DNA of 36,197 nt, taken from NCBI GenBank assembly GCA_964360115.1, contig CAYHVV010000001.1, positions 1 through 36,197 on the forward strand. The letters are read 5' to 3'. The notes under the pieces were generated by a model that was given only the letters and a program-made list of their open reading frames with translations, was not told where the DNA came from and searched no databases. Positions 8,239 through 17,654 of the stretch are shown here, in pieces. Within the stretch, counting starts at the first letter, position 1. The number at the start of each line of letters is the position of its first letter. The position numbers and the translations under genes were made by a program. This DNA is from an uncultured Methanosarcinales archaeon (lineage in GTDB: Archaea; Nanobdellota; Nanobdellia; Woesearchaeales; GW2011-AR9).

Positions 8239-9399
8239 TCAAAACATTTTCTTTCTGCTTTTCTCTCCTTTCAACTTTCTCTTCAAAGCATTTTTAGCGC
8301 TCTCAAAGGTCTTGTGTAAAGCAGTTTCAATACGCCAGTCGTACTCGGTAACAGTAATAATTTGTCCAGGAGCATCAACACGTAAGGAAATTGAATATTT
8401 GCGTTCACGTCCGCTTTTGGTGTGATCTTTGATGTGTACTACCATAGAAAAATCATCTTGGATTTCCCGCTGCAGTTTGAAAGCTTCATTGGAAGCGATT
8501 TTCTGTACTGCTTCTTTCTGATGAGCCAATAGGCCGACATCATTCAATCCAATAAAGCGGATATTGAAATTTTCTGGAATCTCTAAACTGCTGACTAAAC
8601 GCAGTACATTCTTCAAAGTAAGCAGACCTTCAAATTTATTTCCTTCCATGACAATAGCGCTGGTCACATTGTTTTTAACCATCAGATTCACGGCTTCAGA
8701 CAAAGAAGCTTTCTTGCTGACTGTAACCATATTTTGATTAGTGCTGAAAGACTTAATTGGCAACATGGACAAGTTCGGCCGATCAGCTTCTGAACTTTTA
8801 GAACCACCTCGCATCTTATCAAACTTGGAAGAAAATTCGCGGTTAGGCGCCCAAGCCAGGTATTTCTGCAATAAATCGCGGAAACTAATTATTCCATACA
8901 ATTCTTTCCCGTCGAAAATAGGGACTTGATCTGCTCTGGCTTCATACATTAATTCTGCTGCTTTGCTGACCGGATCATCTTTTTCAAGTTTTTCTCCTTT
9001 CACCAGTTTGACATCGGCGATAGAAAATGATTTTGTTTCTGGGAGATCTGCAGCTAATTTTGCTAAATCCAACGCAGAAAGAACACCAATAATTTTTTTA
9101 TTGCTTTCCACGGGCACGAAATCGCTGTCGGCCTTGAATAAGGCATATGCTGTTTCTATGACATCGGCATGTTCATTCACTAAAGGAGCGCGATGGATAA
9201 AATTGCTTATCTTTGCTTTAGAGACATCTAACCTAAAACGCAGCAGCCCTTTTTTCTCTATGACGCCTAGATATTTTTCTTTTTTAAAAATCAAGCCGTG
9301 GCGCTCTTCAAATTTGCGCAGCTGCCCAATCATTTCTGAAACTACCTGTTCAGAATCAAACGATAGAAATTCAGATTTTATTGCTGGAGTAATTTCCAT
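8239..9399 (-). CDS. Tandem CBS-domain protein with an HPF/RaiA-like C-terminal module
   Basis: Repeated CBS-type segments such as IIGVLSALDL, LYGIISFRDLL and FEGLLTLKNVL. The C-terminal ~105 aa follow the hibernation-factor pattern (see finding). I prefer the ATG at 9399, which has a gaggtgg RBS 6 nt upstream, over the track's GTG at 9408. Confidence 0.7.
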   Translation of the reverse strand: MEITPAIKSEFLSFDSEQVVSEMIGQLRKFEERHGLIFKKEKYLGVIEKKGLLRFRLDVSKAKISNFIHRAPLVNEHADVIETAYALFKADSDFVPVESNKKIIGVLSALDLAKLAADLPETKSFSIADVKLVKGEKLEKDDPVSKAAELMYEARADQVPIFDGKELYGIISFRDLLQKYLAWAPNREFSSKFDKMRGGSKSSEADRPNLSMLPIKSFSTNQNMVTVSKKASLSEAVNLMVKNNVTSAIVMEGNKFEGLLTLKNVLRLVSSLEIPENFNIRFIGLNDVGLLAHQKEAVQKIASNEAFKLQREIQDDFSMVVHIKDHTKSGRERKYSISLRVDAPGQIITVTEYDWRIETALHKTFESAKNALKRKLKGEKSRKKMF

Positions 9400-9433
9400 G
9401 TCATCCACCTCAAGCTCTAAGAAGAACTTCCAT

Positions 9434-9509
9434 TATTTAAATCTGACTATTTTGCTGATTAAGAAGCGGAGAAAATTTCAATGGGATAGTTAGGGTTTGA
9501 ACGAACCGA
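9434..9509 (-). promoter_or_regulatory. PAR copy 2, with its TATA box 35 nt upstream of the CBS gene ATG
   Basis: tatttaaatctgactattttgctgattaagaagcggagaaaatttcaatgggatagttagggtttgaacgaaccga. It fills the whole gap between the antiporter stop (9510) and the CBS start. The distal arm of the inverted repeat is degenerate (gatagttag). Confidence 0.7.
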
Positions 9510-10712
9510 TTACATCAGCTTTTTCTTAGAATGGGTCACTAAGTACTTAAACATCATCGGGGAAATAAGCGTAGTAAATAAGGCCATCACGACTAATGCA
9601 GTGAAAATAGCCGGAGTGATTATTCCTGCAGTCAAAGCCAGAGTAGCGATACCTAATTCTACGTCTCCTTTTGGAGTTAACCCCCAGCCGATCATCATTC
9701 CTTCGCGGAAAGTTCCTTTATTCAACATAATTGCGATAGTAGTCCCTCCGACTGTACCTAACAAAGCAATAATTATGAGAATCACCACAAAAAAAGCATT
9801 AGCGCTAATAGTCCCTAAGTCCGTGTTTAAGCCGACCCAGACAAAAAATAAAGGGATCAAAAAACCAAAAGAAAGGATATGGATAGATCTGGCGATGTCA
9901 TGTTCTTCCCAATCAGGGATATGTACATCTTTGAAAATGGTTTGCCGTACAATCATGCCCGCAATCATGGCGCCAATGATAGAACCAATGCCGAACAATT
10001 CTGAAAGTGAAGCAAAAAGCAAAACAATCAATAAAGAACCGGTAAATCTGGCCGTGCTTGATTTTTCTTTGTCAAATAATTTCAAGGTGTAAGGGATAAA
10101 CCAAATTCTTGCTGCCATTACTAAAACTACAAAGAAGAATAAGCCTAATGCCAGATTAATATGTGAAACATCAGTGATAGTTAGCTGGAAGACAGAAAGC
10201 AAGATACTTACTAGGATCAATTCGATAATATCATCTACGGCGCCGGCACTGATGATGGTGTTGCCCAACTTTGATTTTACCAACTTCAATTCTTCCATCA
10301 TTCCTAATGAGATTGATTGAGCGCTGACAGAGAGAGCCACGCCAATGATAAGACTAACGATAGTGTTGAATTCAAAGACGTATTTCATGACCACAAAACC
10401 AATAACCAAAGGCAAGGTAGTATTAACAAAAGATATAGACAAGGACTTAGTGATGTTTTTCTTAAAAACGGAAAAATTAGTTTCCAATCCGACATAATAA
10501 AACAACAGAATTATCCCGAGATTGGCTAAAAAAGAAAGCACATTGGTATTCTCTTGATTAAATAAAACGGTTTTAAACACAGTTATACTTAAAATAAGGC
10601 CTGCCCCAACCTGGCCAACTACCCGAGGAATTCCCAAGAACCTTTTCAAGACTTCCGAAATAATATAAGCTAGCAAAAGAGCAACTAAAATCATTACGAA
10701 CGGAGACACCAT
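9510..10712 (-). CDS. Cation:proton antiporter (CPA2 / Kef-NapA type)
   Basis: About 11-12 TM helices. The N-terminus LGIPRVVGQVGAGLILS is typical of Na+/H+ exchanger family proteins. Confidence 0.8.
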   Translation of the reverse strand: MVSPFVMILVALLLAYIISEVLKRFLGIPRVVGQVGAGLILSITVFKTVLFNQENTNVLSFLANLGIILLFYYVGLETNFSVFKKNITKSLSISFVNTTLPLVIGFVVMKYVFEFNTIVSLIIGVALSVSAQSISLGMMEELKLVKSKLGNTIISAGAVDDIIELILVSILLSVFQLTITDVSHINLALGLFFFVVLVMAARIWFIPYTLKLFDKEKSSTARFTGSLLIVLLFASLSELFGIGSIIGAMIAGMIVRQTIFKDVHIPDWEEHDIARSIHILSFGFLIPLFFVWVGLNTDLGTISANAFFVVILIIIALLGTVGGTTIAIMLNKGTFREGMMIGWGLTPKGDVELGIATLALTAGIITPAIFTALVVMALFTTLISPMMFKYLVTHSKKKLM

Positions 10713-10993
10713 CTTTTGAGAGAAGGATTGTTTTAGTCTTTTTTAACGTTTCTAAAAATAAGCTCATCAAAATAGTAGATAGTGTTATACCTTGCTCTTG
10801 AATGATAAAAATGTTCAAGCGTTATTGATGGAGAAGTTGAAAAGTTAGGGTATTGATTTAACACTATAAAAGAAGCGAAAGATTTATAATTAATTGCAGT
10901 TTACAGATAGTAAGGTAGAATTAACAGTGGGTGAAGAGATGAAAAAAGAGGTGTGAAAAATGAGAGCAAAAGAAGGAAGGATAGGTGTTAAAC

Positions 10994-11257
10994 ATGAACG
11001 AAGCATTAAAAGCAATTTTACAAACAATGTTGAGTAAGAGGTGTATAGGAGGAAAACATACTCCTGAAGAAAAGTTAATCAGGTCAAAGACAAAATGGCT
11101 TGAAGCGGATAAAGTGCGAGAATTTGAGAAGGGATATAAGCAAATCGTGAATGAAGGGATTATTCTTCGTTCAAAGAAAATGACCGGAAAAGGATCTGAT
11201 TGGCACGTGAGTTTGAATCCAAGAACATTAAGAGAATTGTATGATAAGTTGCGATAA
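10994..11257 (+). CDS. Small basic protein, possible wHTH
   Basis: The ATG at 10994 follows aaggaagg. The wing-like segment is GIILRSKKMTGKGSDWHVSLNP. The track starts the ORF at a GTG at 10985. Confidence 0.4.
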   Translation: MNEALKAILQTMLSKRCIGGKHTPEEKLIRSKTKWLEADKVREFEKGYKQIVNEGIILRSKKMTGKGSDWHVSLNPRTLRELYDKLR

Positions 11258-11292
11258 TTTGGATAGAAGAAGAAATGAAGGGTGAATGAAAA

Positions 11293-11661
11293 ATGAGACA
11301 AAGCGAAACGGGAGCATTCTGTGAAACCTATGGTGCTACCATAGAAAATCAAGTATTAGAATACTTGTTAGAAAATCAGGATTTAGACCTAGCAGTAGGT
11401 GACATGGCAAAAGAACTAGATATAAGCAGGCCAAAAGCATACGACGTAACTGAAGATTTTGAAAAGAAAGGATACTTGGTAAAATCAAGAGTGGTGGGAA
11501 AAACACAGCTGTATAAACTGAATAAAGCTAACATACGAGTAAAGATATTTTTACGAAACTTTGCTGAGTGTTTGCAGTTGGTTATCGATGAGCACAGTGG
11601 AAAGAAACCAACAGTAAATGCTCCCATGAGTATCGGAATAGCAGCAGCAAAACCATTTTGA
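11293..11661 (+). CDS. wHTH transcriptional regulator (TrmB/MarR-like)
   Basis: VGDMAKELDISRPKAYDVTEDFEKKGYLVKSRVVGKTQLYKLN reads as helix-turn-helix plus wing. Confidence 0.6.
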   Translation: MRQSETGAFCETYGATIENQVLEYLLENQDLDLAVGDMAKELDISRPKAYDVTEDFEKKGYLVKSRVVGKTQLYKLNKANIRVKIFLRNFAECLQLVIDEHSGKKPTVNAPMSIGIAAAKPF

Positions 11662-11832
11662 TTTATTTCTATTCGCTTTTGAGTGATAGAAGGAAAAATC
11701 AGATTGTATGCCATCGATTTTGATCAGGCAGTGAGTTAAGATTTAACAAACGATAATACGAATACTTAACCATTGAAAAACGTCTTCTTGGCCATAGAAA
11801 ATATTAAATAAGACCATGTGGCCGAGCAAGGT

Positions 11833-12882
11833 ATGGCAACCTCGGCTCGATCTGAAAAAGCAGGACTTCTTCCCGGCACTTTAATGCATATAGGGGAATC
11901 TAAGAAACATATGCCTAAGATTTCCATTCTCGATTATGATTCCGCCAAGTTTCAAGAAAAAATAGTCAAGCACGTTGAAGAATGTTTTCCGTTCCGCTGG
12001 AAAAAAAGCATCACTTGGATTAACATTGACGGGATACATGATCCCAAAATCATCCAGGATATTGGAAAGCATTTCGGTTTCCACTCCCTTCTTCTGGAAG
12101 ACATCATGAACAATGAGCAGCGGCCCAAGATTGAAACATTTGAAGATCATATTTTTATTATTCTAAAGATGCTTTCTTATGCTAAAAAAGAAGTAGCTAC
12201 TGAACAGATAAGCATTCTCATCGGGAAAAATTTTGTAATTTCTTTCCAGGAAAGTGAAGGAGACATCTTTGATCCCATCAGGAAACGGATAAGAGACAAC
12301 AAAGGGAAATTACGTAAACGCGGTTCAGATTATCTGGCCTATTCATTGATTGATGCCATTGTTGATCACTATTTTGCAGTTTTGGAAAAACTGGAAGAAC
12401 AGATAGAAGAAGCAGAAGAATCCATCAACCGGCCCACTGCAGAGACTATCAAAATAATGCATCAACTTAAACGACAAACTATTTCTTTGCAACGGTCCAT
12501 TTGGCCTTTGCGGGAAGTAGTCAGCGGCATGATGCGTTCAGAATCTGCAATTCTTAAGAAAACTACAGCCATCTATTTGCGGGACGTCTATGATCACACT
12601 ATTCAGATCATGGATACCATCGAAACATTTCGCGATATTCTTGCGGGCATGATGGAGGTATACTTATTCAGTGTCAGCAACAGAACCAACGAAATCATGA
12701 AAGTCTTAACTATTATTGGAACTATTTTTATCCCCCTTACTTTTATAACAGGAGTTTACGGAATGAACTTTAGTTTCATGCCACCATTGACTTGGAAATA
12801 CGGTTATTATACCGTTATGATTGGGATGCTGATTATAATTATTTTCTTACTATTATATTTCCGCAAAAGAAAGTGGATCTAG
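11833..12882 (+). CDS. corA: CorA magnesium/cobalt transporter
   Basis: GVYGMNF (the GMN motif) is followed by the second TM helix and a basic tail. The ATG at 11833 lies 23 nt downstream of atattaaata, consistent with a leaderless transcript. The track starts at a GTG at 11818. Confidence 0.85.
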   Translation: MATSARSEKAGLLPGTLMHIGESKKHMPKISILDYDSAKFQEKIVKHVEECFPFRWKKSITWINIDGIHDPKIIQDIGKHFGFHSLLLEDIMNNEQRPKIETFEDHIFIILKMLSYAKKEVATEQISILIGKNFVISFQESEGDIFDPIRKRIRDNKGKLRKRGSDYLAYSLIDAIVDHYFAVLEKLEEQIEEAEESINRPTAETIKIMHQLKRQTISLQRSIWPLREVVSGMMRSESAILKKTTAIYLRDVYDHTIQIMDTIETFRDILAGMMEVYLFSVSNRTNEIMKVLTIIGTIFIPLTFITGVYGMNFSFMPPLTWKYGYYTVMIGMLIIIIFLLLYFRKRKWI

Positions 12883-13026
12883 GAAATCAAAGGCATTGCT
12901 CAGTAATGAGCGTAATATTTTTAAAGCCGGCATGAAAATAGACTTTACCATCAATGTGGGTAGTTGCTTACCTGAAGATGGCGAATAAACACAAAAACAA
13001 ATTAGAAACAATGGAGGCAAAATACA

Positions 13027-13599
13027 ATGTCGTTATACAAATACGTACGTGAAGCGTGGAGAAAACCACAACTAAATCATGAATTATGGCGAGAACGTCT
13101 TCTCAGCTGGAAACAAGAATCAGTAACCACAAAAATCGAACATCCCACTCGATTAGATAGAGCGAGATCACTGGGATACAAAGCTAAACAAGGATATATA
13201 TTGGTCCGTCAACGAGTTACTCGGGGAGGACACACCCGGCCAAAAATAAAAGGCGGTAGAAGGCCTAAACGCTTTGGAACTAGACTTACTTTACATAAGA
13301 GCTATCAAGTAATCGCAGAAGAAAGGGCTCAGAAGAAATATGAAAACTTAGTAGTCCTTAATTCCTATTGGGTTGCCCAGAATGGAGAATATTACTGGTA
13401 TGAAATCATCTTGGTTGATCCAGATCATCCGGTAATCAAGTCTGATCCAAAAATCAATTGGATTTCTGCCCAGAAGAACAGAAGCAGAGCATTCCATGGA
13501 ATTACTTCAGCTGGAAAGAAATCACGCGGTATGGGCGGCAAGGGAAAAGGGCATGAAAAAGCCAGGCCAAGCCGAAGAGCGCATTTGAGAACCCAGTAA
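13027..13599 (+). CDS. rpl15e: 50S ribosomal protein L15e
   Basis: MSLYKYVREAWRKPQ... and GYKAKQGYILVRQRVTRGG are canonical L15e. A ggagg RBS lies 10 nt upstream. Confidence 0.95.
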   Translation: MSLYKYVREAWRKPQLNHELWRERLLSWKQESVTTKIEHPTRLDRARSLGYKAKQGYILVRQRVTRGGHTRPKIKGGRRPKRFGTRLTLHKSYQVIAEERAQKKYENLVVLNSYWVAQNGEYYWYEIILVDPDHPVIKSDPKINWISAQKNRSRAFHGITSAGKKSRGMGGKGKGHEKARPSRRAHLRTQ

Positions 13600-13600
13600 G

Positions 13601-13640
13601 CGCGTTTTTTAATTCTTTTTTTTATTCTTTTATTTTCTCT
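13601..13640 (+). terminator. Oligo-T tract, probable archaeal terminator after rpl15e
   Basis: gcgcgttttttaattctttttttattcttttatttt contains several T5-T7 runs immediately after the stop codon. Confidence 0.5.
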
Positions 13641-13708
13641 GATTTTCTTTAAAATTTAAGTTCATTTTACGCAAATCTTTATATAGGTAGATTTCTTCAT
13701 TCAGATTG

Positions 13709-15133
13709 ATGTCAAAAAGAGGACAAGTAACGATTTTTATAATCATAGGTTTGCTAATCCTAATTATAACTGCAGGAATAATTTATGTTTCTAATACCAC
13801 AGTTACGGAAGAGCTTAAGATTGAAGAAACTAGCCCGTTTAAGGCAGACTTTTTTGTTTCTTTTGTAGACAACTGTTTAGAAAAAAGTGTCATTGATGGG
13901 ATGTACTTAGTTTTTTCACAGGGAGGTTATTATGAATTTACTCCGGAACCTGAACTGTTTGATCAGGTAGATGAACAAATAATTTCATTTCCCCCTAGTT
14001 TAGGAATTAATGTTTTTGCAGTAGAAGGTGAGAAAGAAGTAGAAAGTGAAAAAGAGGCTTTGCAAGTTCCAGTGTATTTCCAAAATACTAAAGCTAATCT
14101 GCCTGCCATTACTAGCATAGAAAGAGAAGTAGGAAAAGCTTCAAGAAGTTTTTTTCTTTCCTGCATAAATGGTTTTGAAAGTTTTAAAAAAGAAAATTAT
14201 AATATAGATGCCGGCAGCCCTGAGATTAAAGTTGCTTTTGCTGAAAAAATGTTAGTAGAGTTAAATTACCCCTTAAAAATAACTGGCGGCAGTAAAATCG
14301 CTGAACTTGAAACCTTTTCTACCGCCATTAACTTTAATTTTAAAGATAAATATGAAGTGATTAAAGAATATTTAAAAAAACAGGAAGAAGAACCAAATTA
14401 TTTTTTAATGGGTGAACTCTCTTCTTATGCTTATGAAAAAGATTTTGGTTTCGGATTTAAGCAGTTTGGCGATTCCGGAGCAGAAGTGTTAGTTGATTTT
14501 TCTTATGATGAAGAATTAAAACCGGAACCTCTGATTTACAGTTTCATTCTTTATTTTAATTGGACTGAACCAGTAGAGGAAGCCGAGTTATCTGGAGAAG
14601 AAGATGCAATCATCAATTTGGAAAGTATCCCTGCCTGGAACATCGATCAACCGGGCATTCATACTTACCAAGTGAAAGCTCTGGGAGAAGGTCTTACTTT
14701 CCATACTGATCCAAGAAGTCTGTCCATCGATCCTAAAACTGGACTAGTGACGATAGACACGAATGAATTCCCCAACGATGAATATTTATATTATGTTTTA
14801 GTTAGTGACCAATACGGACACGAAACTGTCGGGCCGATGTTCGTTAATGTAAATGTTAATGGCGGAACTTTGCCGATTATCAAGAAGATAGCCAAGCAGA
14901 CAGCAAAAATAGGAGAAGAATTTAATTATAAAATCGAAGTATTAAATGCCGGAAAAAACGTCGAGAATATTTTATCGTTCACTACTGATTCCTACTTGTT
15001 CGACCTGGATAAAAAAACGGGAGAGATCAAATTTATTCCTCAGCCAGAAGATAAAGGTCTTCATTCTGTCCGGGTAGATGTAGAGAACGAATTCGGGAAG
15101 ACTTGGCAGAGATGGGAATTGGAAATAAAATGA
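13709..15133 (+). CDS. Pilin-like (class III signal peptide) surface protein with C-terminal Ig-like domains, paralog of 17758-18774
   Basis: MSKRGQ|VTIFIIIGLLILIITAGIIYV has a short basic n-region, Gly-Gln, then a 20-aa hydrophobic stretch. The first 24 nt from the ATG are identical to those of 17758. Shared core FVDNCLEKSVIDGMYLVFSQGGYY. C-terminal Ig-like module LPIIKKIAKQTAKIGEEFNYKIEV. I prefer the ATG at 13709 over the track's TTG at 13706. Confidence 0.7.
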   Translation: MSKRGQVTIFIIIGLLILIITAGIIYVSNTTVTEELKIEETSPFKADFFVSFVDNCLEKSVIDGMYLVFSQGGYYEFTPEPELFDQVDEQIISFPPSLGINVFAVEGEKEVESEKEALQVPVYFQNTKANLPAITSIEREVGKASRSFFLSCINGFESFKKENYNIDAGSPEIKVAFAEKMLVELNYPLKITGGSKIAELETFSTAINFNFKDKYEVIKEYLKKQEEEPNYFLMGELSSYAYEKDFGFGFKQFGDSGAEVLVDFSYDEELKPEPLIYSFILYFNWTEPVEEAELSGEEDAIINLESIPAWNIDQPGIHTYQVKALGEGLTFHTDPRSLSIDPKTGLVTIDTNEFPNDEYLYYVLVSDQYGHETVGPMFVNVNVNGGTLPIIKKIAKQTAKIGEEFNYKIEVLNAGKNVENILSFTTDSYLFDLDKKTGEIKFIPQPEDKGLHSVRVDVENEFGKTWQRWELEIK

Positions 15134-17487
15134 TCAGCAGACAAAATAAACAAAATATTGGCACTAAAGATACCAAGATAAATTATTTTGTGTCTCTAAT
15201 GGTCTTGGTCTTAATGTGCACCTTTATTATTCTAGGTGTCTCCGCAGAAGATAATATCAATAATATTGATTGGAATAATCCGGAACAATTCAATGCTAAT
15301 TTTGAAAATGATCCCGTAGCTGCATTTTCTAACAATCCTGAAATGGTCTGGAACAAAATAGAAAATAATCCTCTCCTGCTTGCAGATAATGAACAAGTCA
15401 TGATCGCGGCATTCAACAATAATCAGGATAGGTTCTGGAGTCTTGTAAGTGTAAAAGGCAGCGATGTAATGAAAAACCAACCATTATGGGATTTCGCATT
15501 TAAGCAGGACCGGTTAAAAGCTGCAGGGGTAATAGAGAATAATCCGCACATCTTAGATGACTCTGTCCTTCTAGAAAAATTTGACTTAGAAATTTCTTCT
15601 CAGGAACTAAGAAACGGCAAAACCGGAGTAGAGATTATCAATGAAAATCCTAAAGCAAAGAAAACCTGGCTTGAAAAAAAATATGACTTGTTTACGGAAG
15701 ATATCATTGAAACAGGGGGAAAAATCAAGAACGCTGACATTCTCAAATACGATGGAAATAAAATCACTACCGGCGGCGCTGGCGGAGGAAAATTTACAGT
15801 TAAGGATGTCAAAGGAGCGAAAATCTTAACGGACGGTTCTTTGGAATTCAAAAATGCGGTAATCAAAGCTACCAAAAGTTTTTCTTTAAAAACAGATGAA
15901 TACGGAAATGATTATTATGGGATGGAAGCCGGAGAAGTTTATCTGGATGAGACGGTTAAGACATTCTCGTTAAAAATAAAAGATGGAAAAGTGTTCTCTT
16001 CAGGAAAAGGCTTGATAACTTATGATTGTTCTGATTGCGCTTTTGAAAAAGGGACAAGAATGGGCCAGTTTATCAAGTCAGAAGAGACTGGAGATCTGAT
16101 TACCGGTAAGTTTAAGCGCATAGGTCACTATCAGTTAGATTATACTTATCAAGCTGCAGTTGCCATGGAAGTAGATGGCGGAATATTTCAACAAGACGGT
16201 TCTAATCCGGAAGAGATGATCATTCTCGGAAAAACTAAATTGGTTAAGAAAGAAATAATTTTCGGCGATCCAAATAAAAATTATAAAACAACCCTGCCTG
16301 GAGACGGAACGATTATTAATATCGAAGGACCTAATACTGTTTATTATACCGAAAAAAAGAGCCGTGATGCTGCAACATTTTGTCCGAAAGATTTTGCTTG
16401 CATAGTTAATGTTCCCGGCCAGGAATACGGGGGAGCGTATCAGGAAAGATTAGCTTTCTTAAACGTGCAGGAAAATGATAAGATTTCTGTGAAAACTCCG
16501 GTTTATTATAATCGGGTTGAAGTTCTTGACCAAGTAGGCGGAGAAGTTACTTTTGCTTCCGTTAATAAAAGAAGCGGAACGGTCTTAGGAGAAATAAAAT
16601 CTGTTGCCGGAGAGAAACCAAAATTGGTTCGAGGCAGGCTGGAAGAAATAAAATCCGGAAGGTTTGATGTATTGGATAGTACGGATCCATATGAACCGCC
16701 GTTACTGCATCATTGGTCATCAAAAAAATTCCAGAAAGATCAGATTTATTTTATGAATAAGCGGGATCATTTTGCAACCTGCACTTACGGTGTTGATTGT
16801 GAAGAAGTGTTTGCAAAGGAATTCGGAAAAGTAATCGTACCAAAAGACAGAACTAAAAAGATTTCAACGACCATAATCGTTTCCGGCGATAACGCTAACA
16901 CTCCCTTAAGCATGTTAAGTTACTGCCAAAAAGAAGGGTGTTACATCGTCAACAGCAGAGATTCACCGCCGACAACTAAAAGCAGCAAGCTGGTTGTAAC
17001 CGGGCATCATAATGCCGGTTCTGATTATGTCTGGAGAGATCCTCCTGAAGTATTTAAAAAACATAACCCTATAGATAAACTTTACTTCAGCCCGGTTGAA
17101 GGAGGTTCACCTTTCGATTCGCTTCCTACGTCCAGCGCGGATGCGCAAAATCCGGTTGATTACGTTGCGTTCAGCGCCTGCAACACCGCAAACTCTTTTG
17201 ATTCACCAGATTTCGGGATTCTTCAGAAAAAATATCCTGACTTAAAAATCGTCCAGGGATGGAAAAATAAAGCGCCATTGCATGAAGCTATAAGTGATCT
17301 GCCTACAGGTATAGAAGAGATGGAAAAGCTGGCTCAGGGAAGCATAGTTAAAAACAAATACGGGGACAAAATAGGCGGTGAAAAATCTTGGTACATCAAA
17401 CAGGCCGATGGGACTTGGAAATGGACTAATGGCCGGGTAAATCCTCAACCCTTGGGTTCATCAAGTGAATTTTATGAAAATGTTTAG
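15130..17487 (+). CDS. Large secreted protein (785 aa): N-terminal region related to the giant protein, C-terminal caspase-fold-like module
   Basis: The ATG at 15130 overlaps the upstream TGA (ATGA), the same junction as at 18771. Signal peptide FVSLMVLVLMCTFIILGVSA|ED. The track's 15103 start would add 9 aa upstream of it. Confidence 0.7.
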   Translation: MISRQNKQNIGTKDTKINYFVSLMVLVLMCTFIILGVSAEDNINNIDWNNPEQFNANFENDPVAAFSNNPEMVWNKIENNPLLLADNEQVMIAAFNNNQDRFWSLVSVKGSDVMKNQPLWDFAFKQDRLKAAGVIENNPHILDDSVLLEKFDLEISSQELRNGKTGVEIINENPKAKKTWLEKKYDLFTEDIIETGGKIKNADILKYDGNKITTGGAGGGKFTVKDVKGAKILTDGSLEFKNAVIKATKSFSLKTDEYGNDYYGMEAGEVYLDETVKTFSLKIKDGKVFSSGKGLITYDCSDCAFEKGTRMGQFIKSEETGDLITGKFKRIGHYQLDYTYQAAVAMEVDGGIFQQDGSNPEEMIILGKTKLVKKEIIFGDPNKNYKTTLPGDGTIINIEGPNTVYYTEKKSRDAATFCPKDFACIVNVPGQEYGGAYQERLAFLNVQENDKISVKTPVYYNRVEVLDQVGGEVTFASVNKRSGTVLGEIKSVAGEKPKLVRGRLEEIKSGRFDVLDSTDPYEPPLLHHWSSKKFQKDQIYFMNKRDHFATCTYGVDCEEVFAKEFGKVIVPKDRTKKISTTIIVSGDNANTPLSMLSYCQKEGCYIVNSRDSPPTTKSSKLVVTGHHNAGSDYVWRDPPEVFKKHNPIDKLYFSPVEGGSPFDSLPTSSADAQNPVDYVAFSACNTANSFDSPDFGILQKKYPDLKIVQGWKNKAPLHEAISDLPTGIEEMEKLAQGSIVKNKYGDKIGGEKSWYIKQADGTWKWTNGRVNPQPLGSSSEFYENV
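16850..17300 (+). other. Candidate clan-CD (caspase/CHAT/CPD-like) cysteine protease module
   Basis: KLVVTGHHNAG (His codons at 17005-17010) is followed 58 residues later by DYVAFSACNTAN (Cys codon at 17179-17181). The His-then-Cys order, hydrophobic strands before each residue and small residues after each match the caspase-hemoglobinase fold pattern. Confidence 0.4.
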
Positions 17488-17498
17488 GAAGAGATTTA

Positions 17499-17532
17499 TA
17501 GAGAAGTTTGAATAATTCATAAAACTTCTCTA
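17499..17532 (+). terminator. Perfect 11-bp hairpin after the 785-aa gene (possible terminator or processing site)
   Basis: tagagaagttt (17499-17509) pairs with aaacttctcta (17522-17532) across a 12-nt loop. No strong T-run follows. Confidence 0.35.
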
Positions 17533-17654
17533 AGAGACTGTGAAATGGCGGAATTTTCCCCTTAAATAAAATTTACTATTATCAAAAATTCCTTTTTTCA
17601 AAGTTCTCTATGGATAAATTCTTAGATTAGATCAGGCCAAAATGGGGTTAACCC

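Noticed and set aside
8741-10092. Plus-strand ORFs 8741-8929, 8963-9493 and 9601-10092
   Set aside because: They are antisense to the CBS-domain gene and the antiporter, both of which have clear family motifs. 8963-9493 would also run through PAR copy 2 and the TATA box.
10921-11714. Minus-strand ORFs 10921-11352 and 11376-11714
   Set aside because: They are antisense to two plus-strand genes that have RBS/ATG contexts and wHTH-like motifs. Their translations are Phe/Ser-rich shadow sequence.
15103-15129. Upstream start (MAEMGIGNK) for the 785-aa protein
   Set aside because: The ATG at 15130 recreates the ATGA stop/start overlap seen at 18771 in the paralogous pair. It also places the Met just before the signal peptide n-region.
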